Assembly (NCBI RefSeq): GCF_021028975.2
Contig: NC_059429.1
Coordinates: 38,564,001 to 38,628,000 of the forward strand
From: Sphaerodactylus townsendi
Lineage: Eukaryota
Direction of reading: 5' to 3'
Length of the DNA: 64,000 bases
The stretch's first letter is position 1; each line of letters starts with the position of its first letter. The translations under genes and the position numbers were made by a program. Below, one piece after another: positions 38,821 to 49,641 of the stretch. A model generated the notes under the pieces. That model searched no databases, was not told where the DNA came from, and saw only the letters and a list, made by a program, of their open reading frames with translations.

Positions 38821-39955
38821 CAATTAGTATAGATTAAGCTAATAATTGAGGGCTGCATTTCCATGGAAAGTTATTTGCAAACTTGGTGGAACCCTGATAG
38901 GACTTTTTGTAAGCCATTAATTCATACAGTCACCATACGTTATGAACAACTTGATGGCACTTTACACACAGAGTGGAATGAACTTCTGAACAAATATATT
39001 TAAATGTGCATAAATGTTAGGTCTCAGGTATGAACGTTTCCATTTTAATGCCTCTTTAGCAAAAAATACTAGCCTAGTGGGTAATTTTTGGGTAAGCTTT
39101 GAACACTGGCATTACAATACTTTGCTGAGTTCTAAACCCGCTGATGGTAGCTCCAGTGGCGTAGGGGAACAACCACTCCCCTTGAGCACAATTTTTGAAA
39201 AGTTGTGCCTTTTCAGTATGGGGGCGGGGGGGGCGGTGTGAAGGGAACTGAGAGGGTCCTGGTGGGGTTTTGCATTGGCAGTTCCAGCCGCTTTGCACCC
39301 AGGGTGCCACCACCTACGCCAGAATGCCTCTGCTCCTCCAATCAAGGAAATCTGAAGAATGGGATTTTCAATGGGAATCTTCCTTCCCCAAGAAAACATG
39401 TGGAGAAGAGTGCTGCACTGCTGTTTCTGGGGGGCAGGAGAGGAGCTTGTGCGTGCCAGCTCCTCTCTTTGCCTCTGTAATGAGGAAAGCTGGCTAGTGC
39501 TCTACCACTCCTCTTGGCTGGGATTATTCCCAATAACATCAAGCTCTTCTGGAGAAGGAAGCTGGTATTTTCAGCCCTTCCACCTCTTCTTCCCTGAAAT
39601 AAGCATCAGCATGGTTCTCCTGGAGGCAATTTCGGGCATCTTGGATGTGGGTGATTTCCAACCTATACTCAGGGAGGCAGGGCTAAACGCTGGCATTACT
39701 TCCTGTGGTTGGGTTCAAGACTCCATCTTAGACCACCAGTGTTGTTCCTGCCTTGCAGGGAGTGCAGGCAACACCTAGGGCTCCAAACCCGCGCCCGTAA
39801 TGGAATTACGACTAAATTGTTACTCAGCCCCGCCGCCCGCCCGTCTCTATCTGTCTCTACTGTGACTATTTGTCTGTCTCTGCTCTCCTATCGTGTCTGT
39901 GGCACTGAAAACCTCCGCCTCAGTTTTTTCCCGCCTAAAAGGGGCCTGAGGGAAA

Positions 39956-41893
39956 ATGGCCGCTCAGCGCTTTTTCGCACAATCTCCCCCCCCCCCCCGC
40001 GCCAGACACCTTTAGCAAGTCGGCGGCGGAGGGCACCCGGGCAGCCACCCGTAGGGGTCTGCGGCAGCCAATCACGACTAGAAGACTCAGTGGAGCTGGT
40101 TCCCCTCAACAGGCTGCAGCACTGGCCTTGGAGGCTGCAACAGCGTGTCGATGTCAGCGCCTCAGAGCCTTGAGCAGGGAGGCGCCAAGGCCCGGCGGCT
40201 AAGAAGTCGCGCCGAGACCAAACGGGGGCCGCGCCGAGGCATAGGAGCACCAGCGCCCCAGTCAGGGTTGCGGCAGGTGAAGCTCCTATCTCCCCCCCAC
40301 GTTCCCAATTCATGACGGCCCCAGCCTAGAAACATGGCCCTTTCGGAGACTTGTCCAGGAGATGGTGAGAGCGCCATGTAGGCCATACAGCTGGCCGGGC
40401 AGAGCCCGAGAGAGCAGCGATCGTGCAGTTGGTCCCTTCTACCTCCAGGCAAAGATCAGAGAGCGTGGGAGGGGGAGGGAAGGTCCCAAAGGGGCATGGT
40501 CCCAACATTTCTAACCCAGCCTCCTGGACCTAATGTCTCTACGCAGGAGTTGATGGAGAATATGTTTAGGGCCACCATGCGGGAGGAGATATCACTCAGT
40601 GATAAAGAAAAAAAGAAGGACGCCAATAGGAGCAGGGGAAGACGCAGGTCCAAAACCAGAGGGGGGGATAGGCGTAGATACCCATCCAGTTCTTCCTACG
40701 GGATCACCCCCACCAGCGCTGACTTATGAGGATCCCCTCAACGTGCCTGAGGGTGAGGAGGCTGGTGAGGGAGGGATTGGCTATTCCTGGGAAGCATTTT
40801 TTCAGAGGCAGAGGAGATTTCAGCAGACCCTAAGGAAAAATGCATTAGATTCTTTAAAAGAGAGGATTTAGCCCTTATTATGGCCAAGACCATTTCTACG
40901 CTGCAATTAGAGGACCCGGCAGATGCCGAGGATCCGGACGGCCCTCCCATTCCTAAGAAACCAGTTAAGGGTTGCCCCAAGGGTACAACGGAAATTTTTC
41001 TGCAGGCAGAGGATACCCCAGATGCATTTCCTCTACCCAAATATTTTGAAAAAAGCATTAGGAAGGAATGGCTTAATTTGGAAGCCAGCAAGAGTTGTCC
41101 GGCACACCTTAAGAGTTTTTATGTGCTTCCTGGCCATATCCACAATGTCATCAAGTCCCCATTAGTTGATGCACCAGTTGTCGCCCTACAGTCGGGGGGG
41201 TTGGTTACCAAGGATGGGGAGGGATCTCTCAAAGATTCCGTGCATCGTAGGGCCGATGTTTTCCTGAAGCGCCTTCATGATAGGCTTGCCTTGACTATTA
41301 GGGCCCTTACCCCATCTTCGCCATAGCTAGAGCCTTGATTTGCATGGCTCATTAGATTGCCTGCCATGTTTAGAGGCACGAGGAGTTGAGAGAGGGCTTA
41401 GAAGAGGTGTTAACTACGGTCTCTTACTGGAGGCGATTCCACTTTTCCCAGTTTCTGCAGCTGGTCACCAGGGGCCTTATGGATAGGTGTTGTGGTGAGA
41501 CGACAAGCCTGGTTAAGAGCTTGGTCCGGCAGACTTTCATTCCAAACAGGTAGTCTCTGCAGAAAGTTACCATGGTTCTAGGGCTGTTTGGGAAGGGGTT
41601 AGATGCCGTCCTGGGAGACTAAGGGTAATAAAAAATTCATGCCGAGGTATGTTAGGTCAAAGATCAGGGATCGCCACATACAAAGGTTATAATACCTTCC
41701 GCACTAGCATTACACAACCGAGGGCTCCCAGAGGCGGCGAAGGCGTTGGATTCCCTCAACAGCAACATCAACAACAACAGCCTTTTAGGTAGGCGAAACT
41801 ACTTCAACAACTCCTTTAGTCCCTCCAATCCCTGCGTCAACCCGAACAGAGGGAGAAAAACGGTACTAAACGGAGCGCCCTCCCCGATCTTGA
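39956..41893 (+). pseudogene. DIRS ORF1 (Gag-like, with LAP2alpha-like region), frameshifted
   Basis: Fragments 40496..40729 and 40880..41326: FPLPKYFEKSIRKEW..KSFY..PLVDAPVVALQSGGLVTKDGEGSLKD; homologous to 1013..1219. Boundaries approximate. Confidence 0.75.
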
Positions 41894-43830
41894 CTGCAAT
41901 CACGTCCCAATTCGGTTGGTGCGTCTGCAATTTTTTCACCACCGATGGGTAGGCGACCACATAGATCGGTGGACGAAGGAGGTCGTATCATCAGGTTACC
42001 TGCTGGAGTTTTCAACATTTCCACGCTACCGATTCAGGCATTATCCCCCCCAATGCAATCCAGACAAATTAAAAAGAACAACAGAAGCCATCCAACATCT
42101 GCTAAGCATTCAGGCCATCGAACCTGTACCCATATCGGAGCGTTCTTACGGTGTTTATTCTCATTTTTTCACTGTATGCCCAAAAAGAGCTGGCGATTGT
42201 GAGCAATATTGAACCTTCGATATGTGAACAGATTCATCAGACTTCGACATTTCAAGATGGAAACACTTAAGCTCCATTGTAGAGGCCCCTCCGCCCAGGC
42301 GACTTTTTTGACATCGCTTTCGACCTGGCGGAGAGCATATCTTCATGCCATCAATCCCCTCTACACAGGCGGTTCGCTTCGATTTACCATGGGACCCGGA
42401 TCGTACCTGTCCTACAAGGCCCTCCCATTTGGGCTGGCTGCGGCACCGAGGGTTTTCTCGAAGATTCACCACTTTAGCTCCCATCGCTGGCTCTACAGGA
42501 AAGAGGTCTACACATTCACCCGTACCTCGTGACATATTGATTCGATTAGGGATCCAGAGAACAAGCTCTGCCGAGACCTGGGCGCTGTCCTATGGAATTA
42601 AGCTTAAGCCACCCGCGGGTTTCTGGTCCAACATGCAGAAAAGTTGCTTGGCTCCCACTACGCGAATGGAACATCTGGGTCGCGATTATCGATGCATGCA
42701 CTGTCGAGCTCTTCATTCCGCCGGCGAAGATACACAAGATCCAGCGTCTGGTAGCTATCTTCCTGTCTGCCAGGAAGGCTTCCCTCCTCCAGCTCGCCAA
42801 GCTGATGGGGCTGTTATTCATATCGGTCATCGATATGTTACAGTGGGGGAGATTCCACGCACGGGTCCTACAACAATTTCTGCAGCCTCATCAATTCCGC
42901 ATAATGAGGAAGGAGGACAGGTCACTTCAGATTCCCAGCCAGCTTTGTGCCAGCCTCCAATGGTGGTCCCATCAACGGAACCTTTCCAAGGGGAAAGTTT
43001 ACATCTATCCTCACAGACTACAGTTGTACACCGATGCCAGTCTTCGCGGATGGGGCACTTCCTTGCAGGAGAGTTCGGCACAGGGGATCTGGACGCCAGA
43101 GCAGTCTCGCTTTCCCATCAACCTGCTGGAGTTGAGAGCCATACTTCTAGCATTACAGACTTTTCAGGATCAGATCCAGGGTTGTCATTTATTAGTCCGT
43201 ACCGACAACATTGCGGCCAAGGCCCATTTGAACAATCAGGGGGGATCCAGATCCCCACGTCTTCATCGGCAAGCAGTGGAAATATTGACCTGGGCCGAGA
43301 CCCATCTTCTGTCACTATCAGCAGAGCATATTCAAGGGAACCTCAACATTACAAGCAGGACTGGATTCCAGGCCGACAAACGGTGGTCGAGGCCGAGATG
43401 GAAACTTCATCCAGACCTGTTCCAGTTAATCATTCAAACCTTCGGCAATCCCAGCATCGATCTGTTTGCCTCCGCTGGGAATTGTCAACTTCCGCGGTTC
43501 TTGCCAAGGTATTTCCACAGGAACGCATTGGCAGTAGGCGCCCTGACAATACAATGGCCACAAGAGCTGCTATATGCGTTTCCACCGACTCCGGTCATCC
43601 CGAAGCTGATCCGGCAGATCTGGCCAGAAAAAGCCAAAGTTATTGCTGGTGGCACCTTGGTAGCCCAGGCGTCCATGGTTTTTCCTCAATCCTTCAACTA
43701 GCGGTGTCCCCTCCTCTGCGTCTACCCACCCCCCATGGACATGCTGTCTCAGGGTCCCATACTGCACCCCAATCCCAGTTGGTTTTGTCTGACCGCATAG
43801 CTCTTGAACGCATAAAGATCTTGAACTAGG
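41894..43830 (+). pseudogene. DIRS ORF2: reverse transcriptase, RNase H and Dam-like methyltransferase domain, frameshifted
   Basis: GYLLEF, GVYSHFFTV, NLRYVNRFI..HFKMETL, YKALPFGLAAAPRVFSK, YLDD with a 1-nt deletion (42523-42533), TDASLRGWG, INLLELRAI, VRTDN, IDLFAS, LYAFPP. Confidence 0.92.
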
Positions 43831-44882
43831 AGAGTTTACTCCGCTACAGGTAATAGACATTATTGGCCGGCGTCCTGTAGACCCTCTACAATCCGAATTT
43901 ATGATTCTTCGTGCGAAGTCATTTCTGTCCCTGGGCTCAATCCAAGCGACAGCATCCCGATCCGTTAAGACCTTCGGTTCCACAGGTGCTTCGCTTCCTT
44001 CAATCCGGGTTCGAGAGGGTACTCAGAAGCTCCAACTCGCCCGAACCCAACTTACCCGGGTCTTACGACAATATAGCTAAAGGTTCAAGGGGTTCCAATG
44101 TCCAGGCATCCACGACATCATTCGATTCCTCAGGGGTGTCTCACAGAAACAACCACCACTTAGTACACAGGTTCCATTGATGGAGGCTCAACTTGGTACT
44201 TTCGGCCCTGCAAACCTCCCTTGAGGAACCCGATTCAATCAGTGGACCTGAAGTGGATCCGTATGAAGCTTCTATTCTTAGTCACCATGCTACCTTTCGA
44301 AGAGTGTCGGAGTTAAGGCTCTTTCAGTCAATTCTCAACTTTGCATATTCCTTAAGGACAGAGTTGTTATGCATCTCGACCCCTCATTAGGTCCCAAAGG
44401 TAGCTTCATCCTTTCTCATCTGAAACACAGAGATCATCATCCCTACCTTCACCAGTCCAGCTCCTTCACATCCCTAAGGAGATTCTTTGGCATTAGCTGG
44501 GCGTCCGCTGAAGCGCTGAAGTGCTATATAATTACGTACCGAGCCTATCAGGCGGACTGGAATCTCTCTTCATAAACGTAATACCTACCATGTCGGGGAG
44601 CCCAGATGTCAAAGGCATCCCTAAGTTACACACTTAGATCTTGCATTGGTGAGGCATATAAAGGCATCTCACACATCAGTCCCTTCTGGTATTACTGCCC
44701 ATTCTACTAGATGTGCACGCCAGCTAATGCTGCATTTGTATCACATCCCCTTAGAGGAGGTGTGCAAGGCCGCTACATGGTCTTCGACCTCTTCCTTTAT
44801 TAAGCATTAGTAATTACATACCATGTCAGCAAATGAAACTGCCTTCGGCACGCGGGTACTGGAGCATATCTTTGGAGACTGA
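42345..44882 (+). pseudogene. DIRS ORF3 tyrosine recombinase with a long 5' extension overlapping ORF2
   Basis: 494-aa alternative-frame ORF leading into YR sequence; TFRRVSEL, AHSTR (~44700), CKAATWSSTSSFIKH then TAG at the Tyr position (44808-44810), AFGTRVL, TGA 44880-44882. Confidence 0.88.
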
Positions 44883-44918
44883 ACTTCCCACCCGTTACGG
44901 GACACTGCTCGGGGAGGT

Positions 44919-45015
44919 CCCACATCCAAGATGCCCGAAATCGCCTCCAGGAGAACGGTCCATTGGTACTTACCCTGAAGGGGCCTTCTCCTGTGGGGCG
45001 ATGAGGGCATCTTGG
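44919..45015. other. Internal complementary region (ICR) of DIRS copy B
   Basis: 44919..44956 is the reverse complement of 39614..39651 (1 mismatch); 44952..45015 is the exact reverse complement of 45342..45405. Confidence 0.95.
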
Positions 45016-46099
45016 CCCTCCCTGAGATTATATCAGTCTCCAGTTTAGTTCATACAGATCTAGGTATAGATATACTAATACTTTCAGTACTCTTCAGAGT
45101 TATGACAGACTTGTCGACAACAGTTAGTAGTTTTTATCGAAGTTCTTGACGTTTCAATGTTCTGTTATATGTTTATTACACTGTTCTTGTTACTTCCTGT
45201 TATATTTCTTGAGAGAGTTAAAGCTTTCGTTACTTCTGTGTCATTCGAATACTGGAGATCTAAGATGGAGCCCAACCAATCCACAGGAAGTGACATCGTT
45301 TAGCCCTGCCTCCCTGAGTATAGGTTGGAAATCACCCACATCCAAGATGCCCTCATCGCCCCACAGGAGAAGGCCCCTTCAGGGTAAGTACCAATGGACC
45401 GTTCTGACATCTGCCAGGACATGCAACAGTCAGGCCGTGTTTTGTGTTTGTGTGATTCCCATACCACAATAAAGTGAATCCAGCCCTGGTCATTTCAACC
45501 ACTTTGGATAAGAGGGAGGCTTGCTTGTTGATGTCGTTTTTAACAAAATTATCTGCTGGCCTGCATAGGACAGGATTGCATCATGCTTCTTGAAATGTGC
45601 GGAAAGAAAGTCACTTGCTCCTTATTAGGTTTGGTTTAGTGCAGTGCTGATTCATAGTTTTATTGACTCAACGTTTTGGCGACCTGGGGCTTCTGATAGA
45701 TTGCCACAGAGAGCTGAGAGTGTTGTTCTAGCAAAAAAGACGTGTCTCTGTAAGGTACACTGCCTTGTGTATTCTTTTAAAACTTCCCCACTTCTGCCAC
45801 CCCAGCTGGCAGGTAAAATTGGTGTGAAAAGTAACGTAGGGAACTTGATGGTTCCTGAAATTATTTGACTGTCAGTATTAAATAAGGAGGCAGTATACGT
45901 CCTTCTATCTGCTGTTACTGATTCCTGGTGAAAGTATTTTGAAGGGGGAAAGGGTCAAATAAAATACAACATGAGGCAAAAGGACTGCACTTAAACCTAA
46001 GGTTTTTTCACTAATGCTTGGAGAGAGGATAGTTTTTCAGACACAAGAAAGAATTGCACAGCACAATCTTCTGTATTTACATTTATTTCAGTTGTCTTA

Positions 46100-46290
46100 G
46101 AGCAGACGAGATCTGGCCCAGGTTCACAACTCCACTTTGCCACTGATGCTTGCTGGGTGACCTTGAATCAGCCACATACTCTCAGCCTAACTTACCTCAC
46201 AGGGCTGTAATTGTGAGGTTAAAATGGATGAGAGAACAGCGTAAGCCATTTTGGGGTCTCATTGGGGAGAAAGGTGGAGAATAAATGAAG
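46100..46290 (+). mobile_element. Older tRNA-derived SINE
   Basis: CCCAGGTTCA, GCTGGGTGACCTTG, CTCTCAGCCTAACTTACCTCACAGGG. Confidence 0.65.
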
Positions 46291-47599
46291 CAAATACATA
46301 ATTAAAACAACAGCCTAGAATTGCACTTATACTGTACCAGAAACTTTTATTATTTAGTTTGCAGAAATGCAGTAGGGGCTGCTATCCCATGTACATTGTT
46401 TTTGTGATGGGTGGGTAAACACACCTAGGATTATCCTATATGGATGCAAACCACCTTCCATTACAATCAGTGGAGAAACTTTATACATTTCAGTAGAGCT
46501 TGTTTGCATGTCTCAAGCCCTGGTTGTGGTGTAGTCAAGAACAACAGAGTTGCAGTGGATGGCCTGAGACAGGGGCTGTCATCTGCACTGCAAAACTGGA
46601 CACACCCCATCTAACATGTGTGTTGCAGGTGCAGGCTGTGTTGAGTTTACATCCAGCCTGCATGATAGTTCCCAGTACTACACGTGGGGCTGAATGAGGA
46701 GGTGTGTGTGTTCTCCAGCAGCTACACATATAGGCAGAAGCGTGTTTCCCTGTATTCCCTTTGCTGAGTTGGATAAAGGGGGGGCATCTAGTTCCTGCTG
46801 AAGAGAGCAACAAAACTCTCATGAATTTACTGGAAAAAGATTGCTGCCTGTGAGACTGTGAAACAAAAATGATCAGATTTTTTTTCAATTGCAGTTGTCA
46901 ACATGTGGAACAAACTTTTATATGCTATTTTAAAAGACTGTGATAATTTGAAAACATGATACACATTCAGCTGCCAAACTGTGATTCTGTGCATATACAA
47001 ATATATAATAGATGCGAGTGTGACTTCCTTTGCCTGGGCAGGGTAGCTGTACTCACCAGTTACTTGAAGGCTGGACTTCTTCGCCAGTGTGGTGCAGGTT
47101 GAATCTTTAATCAGTTTCTCATTCTCCAGCAGCTACACAACCTTTTATGTTGCTATTCTGATCTGCTGGCCCTCCTTCCCTATCTCTTCTGTAGTTTGGG
47201 AAGGTCCTTTTTATCTCTTCCCTTTATACATTTATACCGCTTTTTGGCTTGAGCCCAGACCTCCCCCACCCAAGTCATGGCGCCTTATTTTTTACGTGCT
47301 CCCTTCCCCTAACTTTACAACCTGGCTATGCCTCTGGATACTTCTACACAGGGTTGCTCAGCCGATGGTATATAAATACTAATCATTCCCATTCCAATAG
47401 TGCAATCTTATGCAGTTGCTCCAGTCTTAAATCATCTTATTTCAATAGGCGTAGAGTAATTGAATAGGACCTAGTTGTTAAGAGTAGTGATAATGTTCAG
47501 TTTTTATCTAGCATCCGGCGTTCAGTTTTCAAACCACTAGAATCAACGGGTTTAGACCACAGTCAGCTCATCACAGACCTACACTGCAAGTAACCCCGG

Positions 47600-48900
47600 A
47601 AAAAGTGAAAAACCACTCCTTACGTTTTTTGCACTGCTACGAGGCTTTCGCGTGTGCTTTAGACCAAAAGAACTAGCCTTCCAGCAATGTTTTGCAGTCC
47701 AGCCCTTCGTGGGTTTGCGCAGAAGCAAGAAACCTTTAATATAAGGGGCCATTACTCCCACGTAAGACGCCTCAGGCCTAATGCCCGAGCCTATGAACTT
47801 GTCCACTCGAAAGGCATTCCCACTTTTCCCCCCACCCAAGCGAAAGCGCAAAACCCTGAGAGTCCTTATGCACCCTTCCTTTCGCCATGGTACATTGCGC
47901 GCCAGGCTCCCGAGGGCGCCTGCAAAGAGCGTGCAAGCGGCGCAGAGTTTCACAAACAGCCCGCCAGGGGGAAGCGGGGGAGGGAAAGGCTGGGCCCTCA
48001 GGCCTTCACAGGGACTAGAAAGGGAGGGAAGCGCCTCCCTCGTCGGAGGGCTAGAGCGGGGGCAGAGGCCGAAGTGCCCCTGCGAGGCCCCGGCGCGAGA
48101 CGAGCCGCCTGTGTAACAAAGCCTTGGTAACGCGGTTGCTACCCCGGCGCCGGGCGCTTGGTAACCGTGTGTGGCCTCTTTAAACCACCCAGGGGGCGGA
48201 ACAATTAAAAACACGCCTCTTTCCAAAGCCACCCCCTCCCCGTCGGCTGCCTGCCCTTTCCCGCCAGTCAAGCGGGTCGCTGGGTCCTGCAGCCCTCGCT
48301 CTCCGCCCTTTCCTTTTTCTTTCCTTTTTTCCCCGCCTGCTCCTCCTCCGCGCGCGGTGCTTTCCATATCCCATGCGGACGACGAGGCAGGAGCCTTCGG
48401 CGGCAGCGCAGCCCCGGGCAGCCGGCTCCGAGCATGTCCCACTGCAACTGTTGTGGGCGCCCCTTGCGCTGAGCCCGGCCGGGTGGCGTTGCAGCCGCTG
48501 CCCTGGAAGGAAGCGCCGCGCCGGGGGCCGCTCATGAGCGCGGAGGCGTCGTCTCCTCCTGCGCGCGCCTCCGCGCACCTCCGCGCTTTCTTCGGGATGG
48601 AGCCCGTCCCGCCCGGCGCTGCCGAGCTGCTGGTGGGAGCCTGCGAGTTCCTCAAAGGTGATGGCGGGGACCGGGGCAGAGGCGGCCCCTCGGTGGTCGC
48701 TCTTCTTCCATCAGCCCTCCAGGGGGTCACTGGCTTCCTGCCTTCGAGACACCTGCCTCCCTCAAAGGGAAAACGGGGCCCTGAGGCGACATTGAACTAC
48801 GCCCGTGGCTTCCTGTGGAAGGGAACGGGAAGAGTACAACTTTTTCCACTTCGTTGTGTTGGGGAGGTGGAATTTCGGGGTTTCTTCTACTCCTTGAGGA
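47600..48900 (+). promoter_or_regulatory. CDC14A: CpG island promoter of CDC14A with RFX X-box-like half-sites
   Basis: Very high GC/CpG around exon 1; CTTGGTAAC twice and GGTTGCTA at 48123-48167; GC boxes at ~48194 and ~48303. Confidence 0.85.
48597..48657 (+). CDS. CDC14A: CDC14A coding exon 1
   Basis: MEPVPPGAAELLVGACEFLK+G|gtgatg (human MAAESGELIGACEFMK); good Kozak context gggATGG; phase 1 fits exon 2. Confidence 0.9.
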
Positions 48901-49014
48901 CAACCGCACCACTCTTGCGGTGGGAAAAGGGCTGGAGGAGGTGAATCTGCTCCATGTTTGTTTCGTTTGTGGAGCCCGAAGAGTTCATTACCCGAGGAAA
49001 TACCACTGGATTTA

Positions 49015-49154
49015 GGGCACTTTTACACATGCTGAATAGGAACCCTTTCCGTTCATTTTGCAGCTACGTTTTTACTGTGTGATAACGCAAAATCCACTTG
49101 CAAGTGATTGTTAAAGTGCGTTGAAAGTGTGTTCCCGCATGTGTAAAAGTGCCC
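49015..49154. mobile_element. PIF/Harbinger MITE in CDC14A intron 1
   Basis: Perfect 18-bp TIR GGGCACTTTTACACATGC and a TTA target duplication. Confidence 0.9.
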
Positions 49155-49479
49155 TTAGTGGTTTAAAGACGTGCACTTTAAAGGCTAACGCGATTGTATT
49201 CTGTTGTGCATTTGCGTGGACTCGAGTCCAGTTTTCAGAAGTGGCGAAGTGGACTCTGGCCACGGAAGTTTGTGCTGGAATAAAATCGTGTCTTCTCACA
49301 GGTTCAGATCTCTGTTTTGCTTCCCACAGATTAAGACGGCTTTTGCTTCTCTAGAGTTGAGTGGGGTTTACTTCTTACCAAACGTGTTTAGGATGATAGC
49401 TTTAACGTTATTTTCTAATCCTAATTTCAGACAGTGCTGTTCTTCCTGGTGAGGGTTGTAAAATAATGATAAACTGTGA

Positions 49480-49641
<162 letters not shown>

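Larger units (their letters stand above)
39614..45405 (+). mobile_element. Full-length DIRS1-like tyrosine-recombinase retrotransposon (copy B, 5792 bp)
   Basis: Perfect 56-bp inverted repeat (39634..39689 / 45297..45352) that extends imperfectly inward; ICR 44919..45015 complementary to both outer ends; GTTCT at both junctions; Gag, RT, RH, MT and YR motifs in DIRS order. Confidence 0.96.

Noticed and set aside
47579-48730. 383-aa minus-strand ORF and other long ORFs in the CDC14A island
   Set aside because: Ala/Gly/Pro/Arg-rich with no recognisable domain; expected from stop-codon scarcity in GC-rich DNA
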